Program-made: the position numbers and the translations under genes | Shown: positions 61,729 to 64,000 of the stretch, piece by piece | Layout: each line of letters starts with the position of its first letter | Position numbering within the stretch: the stretch's first letter is position 1 | From: an uncultured delta proteobacterium | GTDB taxonomy: Bacteria; Desulfobacterota; Zymogenia; Zymogenales; Zymogenaceae | Length of the DNA stretch: 64,000 bases | Assembly: GCA_963792965.1 (NCBI GenBank) | Contig: CAWBYW010000035.1 | Location: 1-64,000, forward strand | Direction: 5' to 3' | The notes under the pieces: model-generated | The model's database searches: none | Seen by the model: the letters and a program-made list of their open reading frames with translations, nothing else | What the model was told of the DNA's origin: nothing

Positions 61729-63159
61729 TCACTCCTTTATCCCCGCCAACCTCTTGACGATCCGCTTTTTCTCCCCGATGTCGTACGTGCCCATGATGGC
61801 GATAGATTCCATGACCGGGGAGCCGCCCCCATGGACGCCGGCATACTGGAGCACCCCTCCGATGGCCGACACCGTAAGGTCGGAGATCAACCGGAAGCAG
61901 CGGTACTGGTCCTCCGGCGAGATATCGTCTTTCCTCTTCATGTATTTTTGAACCAGCGCCCCAACCTCCGGGCTGAGGAACTCTTCGTCGTACGGGATCG
62001 TCGCCGGAAGCCCTCCCGCGAGATCACAGATGATCTCGTATTCGTGGTAGATGTTCATGCCGGCGTGGCGTCTGCCGACGTTGCAGTAGACGACGTTCGG
62101 GATCTGTGTCCCGGAGGGATGTTTGGTGCTTTCCACCGCAGCCGCTATTCCCGCGCCGTACGTCAGCTCGGCCACGCTGACGAGCTCGGCCAGCTTGTCG
62201 CGCACGTGGGCCGACTTCTCCAGGCCGTTGTACTCGGCCACGAGCGCCGATGCGCCCGACACGATATCGGTCACCGCCGGCTTGCAGCCCGTGTAGCTGT
62301 GCCGGTGATAGAGGGCGAACAGAAGGGCGAGCTGGCCGCCGTATTCGGTCTCGCCGGCCAGGAAAATTCGCTCGTTGGGGACAAATACGTCGTCAAATAT
62401 CGTCAGCGAGTCCGCGGCACCGAACTGCGTAATGGGCGCCTCCAATTTCGCCTGCCGTGGCCGCACCTGTGTCGCCCGGGCTACCATCTTGACCCCCGGG
62501 GTGTCGGCCGGAATCGCGAAGGCGACCGCCCAATCGGACTCGTCTTTCGTCAAGAATCTCGTGGGGATCGCGATAACCTCTTCCGCGTACGGCGCCATGG
62601 TGTTGTGGGCCTTGGCGCCCCGCACAACGATGCCGTCCTTCTTTCGCTCGACGATCCTCAGGTAGAGGTCGGGGTCCGTCTGCTCGTGGGGACGTCTGGT
62701 CCGGTCGCCCTTGACGTCAGTCTGGGCGCAGCAGCCGACCATGTTCTTTTCCTGGAAGTTCTTGAGGAATTCGAGAAAACGTTTGTTATACTCGGTCCCC
62801 TTGTCCTGATCGCATGCGTAGGTGACCACGGAAAGGGCGTTGATGACGTCTATGCCCATGCAGCGCTGGATGCAGCCGCCGCACTCCCGGCACAGGAGCC
62901 GCGTCATTTTTTGCTTCTTGATGAGGTCATCGATGCTCTGGTGCACGTGGGTGAAGCGACTGATTGGTTTGCCGGAAAGATGAGAGGTGGCAAGTATCAC
63001 GTCCTTCATCGCCGGGTTGGTCTGCGCGTCGAAGGTAAGCCCGACGATCGTCTTTCCGGCCAGCAGCTTCGGATCGTTCCTCCCCACTTTTTGGCCGCCG
63101 ATATAGATGTTCGGCTTGAGCATACTGAGGGCCTCGAAATAGTCTTCTTTCGTTCTCAC
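61729..63159 (-). CDS. 4-hydroxybutyryl-CoA dehydratase/vinylacetyl-CoA isomerase-like FAD/[4Fe-4S] enzyme (HpaB/AbfD family)
   Basis: CIQRCMG, AQTDVKGDR, RGAKAHNT, YHRHSYTGCK, HGGGSP. Confidence 0.88.
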   Translation of the reverse strand: MRTKEDYFEALSMLKPNIYIGGQKVGRNDPKLLAGKTIVGLTFDAQTNPAMKDVILATSHLSGKPISRFTHVHQSIDDLIKKQKMTRLLCRECGGCIQRCMGIDVINALSVVTYACDQDKGTEYNKRFLEFLKNFQEKNMVGCCAQTDVKGDRTRRPHEQTDPDLYLRIVERKKDGIVVRGAKAHNTMAPYAEEVIAIPTRFLTKDESDWAVAFAIPADTPGVKMVARATQVRPRQAKLEAPITQFGAADSLTIFDDVFVPNERIFLAGETEYGGQLALLFALYHRHSYTGCKPAVTDIVSGASALVAEYNGLEKSAHVRDKLAELVSVAELTYGAGIAAAVESTKHPSGTQIPNVVYCNVGRRHAGMNIYHEYEIICDLAGGLPATIPYDEEFLSPEVGALVQKYMKRKDDISPEDQYRCFRLISDLTVSAIGGVLQYAGVHGGGSPVMESIAIMGTYDIGEKKRIVKRLAGIKE

Positions 63160-63323
63160 TATCCACCTCTAAAAGGATTTATTGGCATACGGCCGTCTCT
63201 TGATAGCCGACTCCTCCCTGCATCCAGGAGATGCCCGCGTACGCTCCCGCCGGAAAGCCCGGTCGCCCGGCGTTGCCGAGACGCCGAGCGCGAATGGTCG
63301 TGCGTCTATTTCCACGGGCATTA

Positions 63324-63394
63324 TTTGTACGATCGTACAAAAGGTACCACACGAGTCAGAGGGTGTCAAGGGAAAAACTGTACAGTTGTCCAAA
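63324..63394. promoter_or_regulatory. abfD-like gene promoter with paired TetR-type operators
   Basis: Perfect palindrome TTTGTACGATCGTACAAA (63324-63341), degenerate copy ACTGTACAGTTGTCCAAA (63377-63394), and minus-strand TTGACA(63364-69)-N17-TACCTT(63341-46). Confidence 0.78.
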
Positions 63395-63508
63395 AACTGC
63401 TTGCGTCGACCACCGAATATGTGCTACATAAGAGGTGAGCTAACGAGAGGGGATTTTGAGCCCGGCGTCACTGTTAGTGTACCGCACAAGTGCGGGCAGG
63501 ATGAATAT

Positions 63509-64000
63509 ATGCACACTCAGGACGAGAGAAACGATTTCAGAGGGACCCGCGAAGCAGTGCTCGGCGCGGCGTGTCGTGTCTTTTCCCGGCACCCCTACAA
63601 CGCGGCAAGCATCCGCATGATCGCCCGGGAAGGCGGCTTCGGCCACGCCGTCATAGGCTACTACTTTCCGACCAAGGAACAGCTCTTCCGGGCCGTGGCC
63701 GCCGAGATATGTGACGATCTCTACAATGCCAACGATCAGTGGATGGCCGAGGTGCGGCGCATGGGTTTGAGCGATGGTTTTGAGCGTTACGTGGGAAGAT
63801 TCGTCGAGTTCAGCCGGGAAAAACCCTGGGTATTGAGGATCATGATGCTCAACATCGCGGGCTCGGAGGTGGGCGCGATACCGGGGCAGGACCTCCTTAT
63901 CGAGGCGATAGAGGGCATACGGCGGATGTTCGTTTCAACCATGAAGCTCACCGCGTCCATGGAAGAGATCGGCCGTTTCTCCGACAGCTTCAACGCCATG
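63509..64000 (+). CDS. TetR/AcrR family regulator (partial, runs off right edge)
   Basis: Not in ORF track. Manual translation MHTQDERNDFRGTREAVLGAACRVFSRHPYNAASIRMIAREGGFGHAVIGYYFPTKEQLF. Confidence 0.88.
   Translation, partial: MHTQDERNDFRGTREAVLGAACRVFSRHPYNAASIRMIAREGGFGHAVIGYYFPTKEQLFRAVAAEICDDLYNANDQWMAEVRRMGLSDGFERYVGRFVEFSREKPWVLRIMMLNIAGSEVGAIPGQDLLIEAIEGIRRMFVSTMKLTASMEEIGRFSDSFNAM

Overview
GC-rich chromosomal window from an anaerobic bacterium; gene content is most consistent with Desulfobacterota/'Deltaproteobacteria' (inference). No rRNA, tRNA, CRISPR array or mobile element is visible. From left to right it holds: a ferredoxin-fused ETF operon with a FadR/YsiA-like operator; ada; two orphan signalling proteins; mutT-like Nudix; uvrD/pcrA; glmS; a glmU whose uridyltransferase half is degenerate; ald; two crotonases; and a Pyrococcus-type GH57. 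Next is a large Wood-Ljungdahl locus, with fhs-cooT-folD converging on acsV-cooC-small ORF-acsD-cooF-FeS-cooS-acsB-acsC-acsE-DUF3786-cooC. A trpEGDCFBA operon follows, preceded by an unannotated Trp leader peptide and two apparently coupled terminators. The right part carries a stand-alone XylR-N/V4R sensor, a multi-PAS hybrid kinase, and an uncharacterised TetR-linked operon (CCG Fe-S protein, two FAD oxidoreductases, a CrtC/Diels-Alderase-fold protein) with a perfect 22-bp operator. It ends with an inverse-autotransporter-type protein with a beta-helix passenger, a V4R protein, and an AbfD-like enzyme with a divergent TetR. About a dozen single-base frameshifts interrupt otherwise intact genes; I read these as sequencing/assembly errors. 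The best candidates for undescribed biology are the 51-57.5 kb redox/hydratase operon, the domino-type double-terminator trp attenuator, the half-dead GlmU, and the extra Fe-S module plus hidden small ORF in the CODH/ACS operon. All family assignments come from motif recognition by eye, not from database searches.
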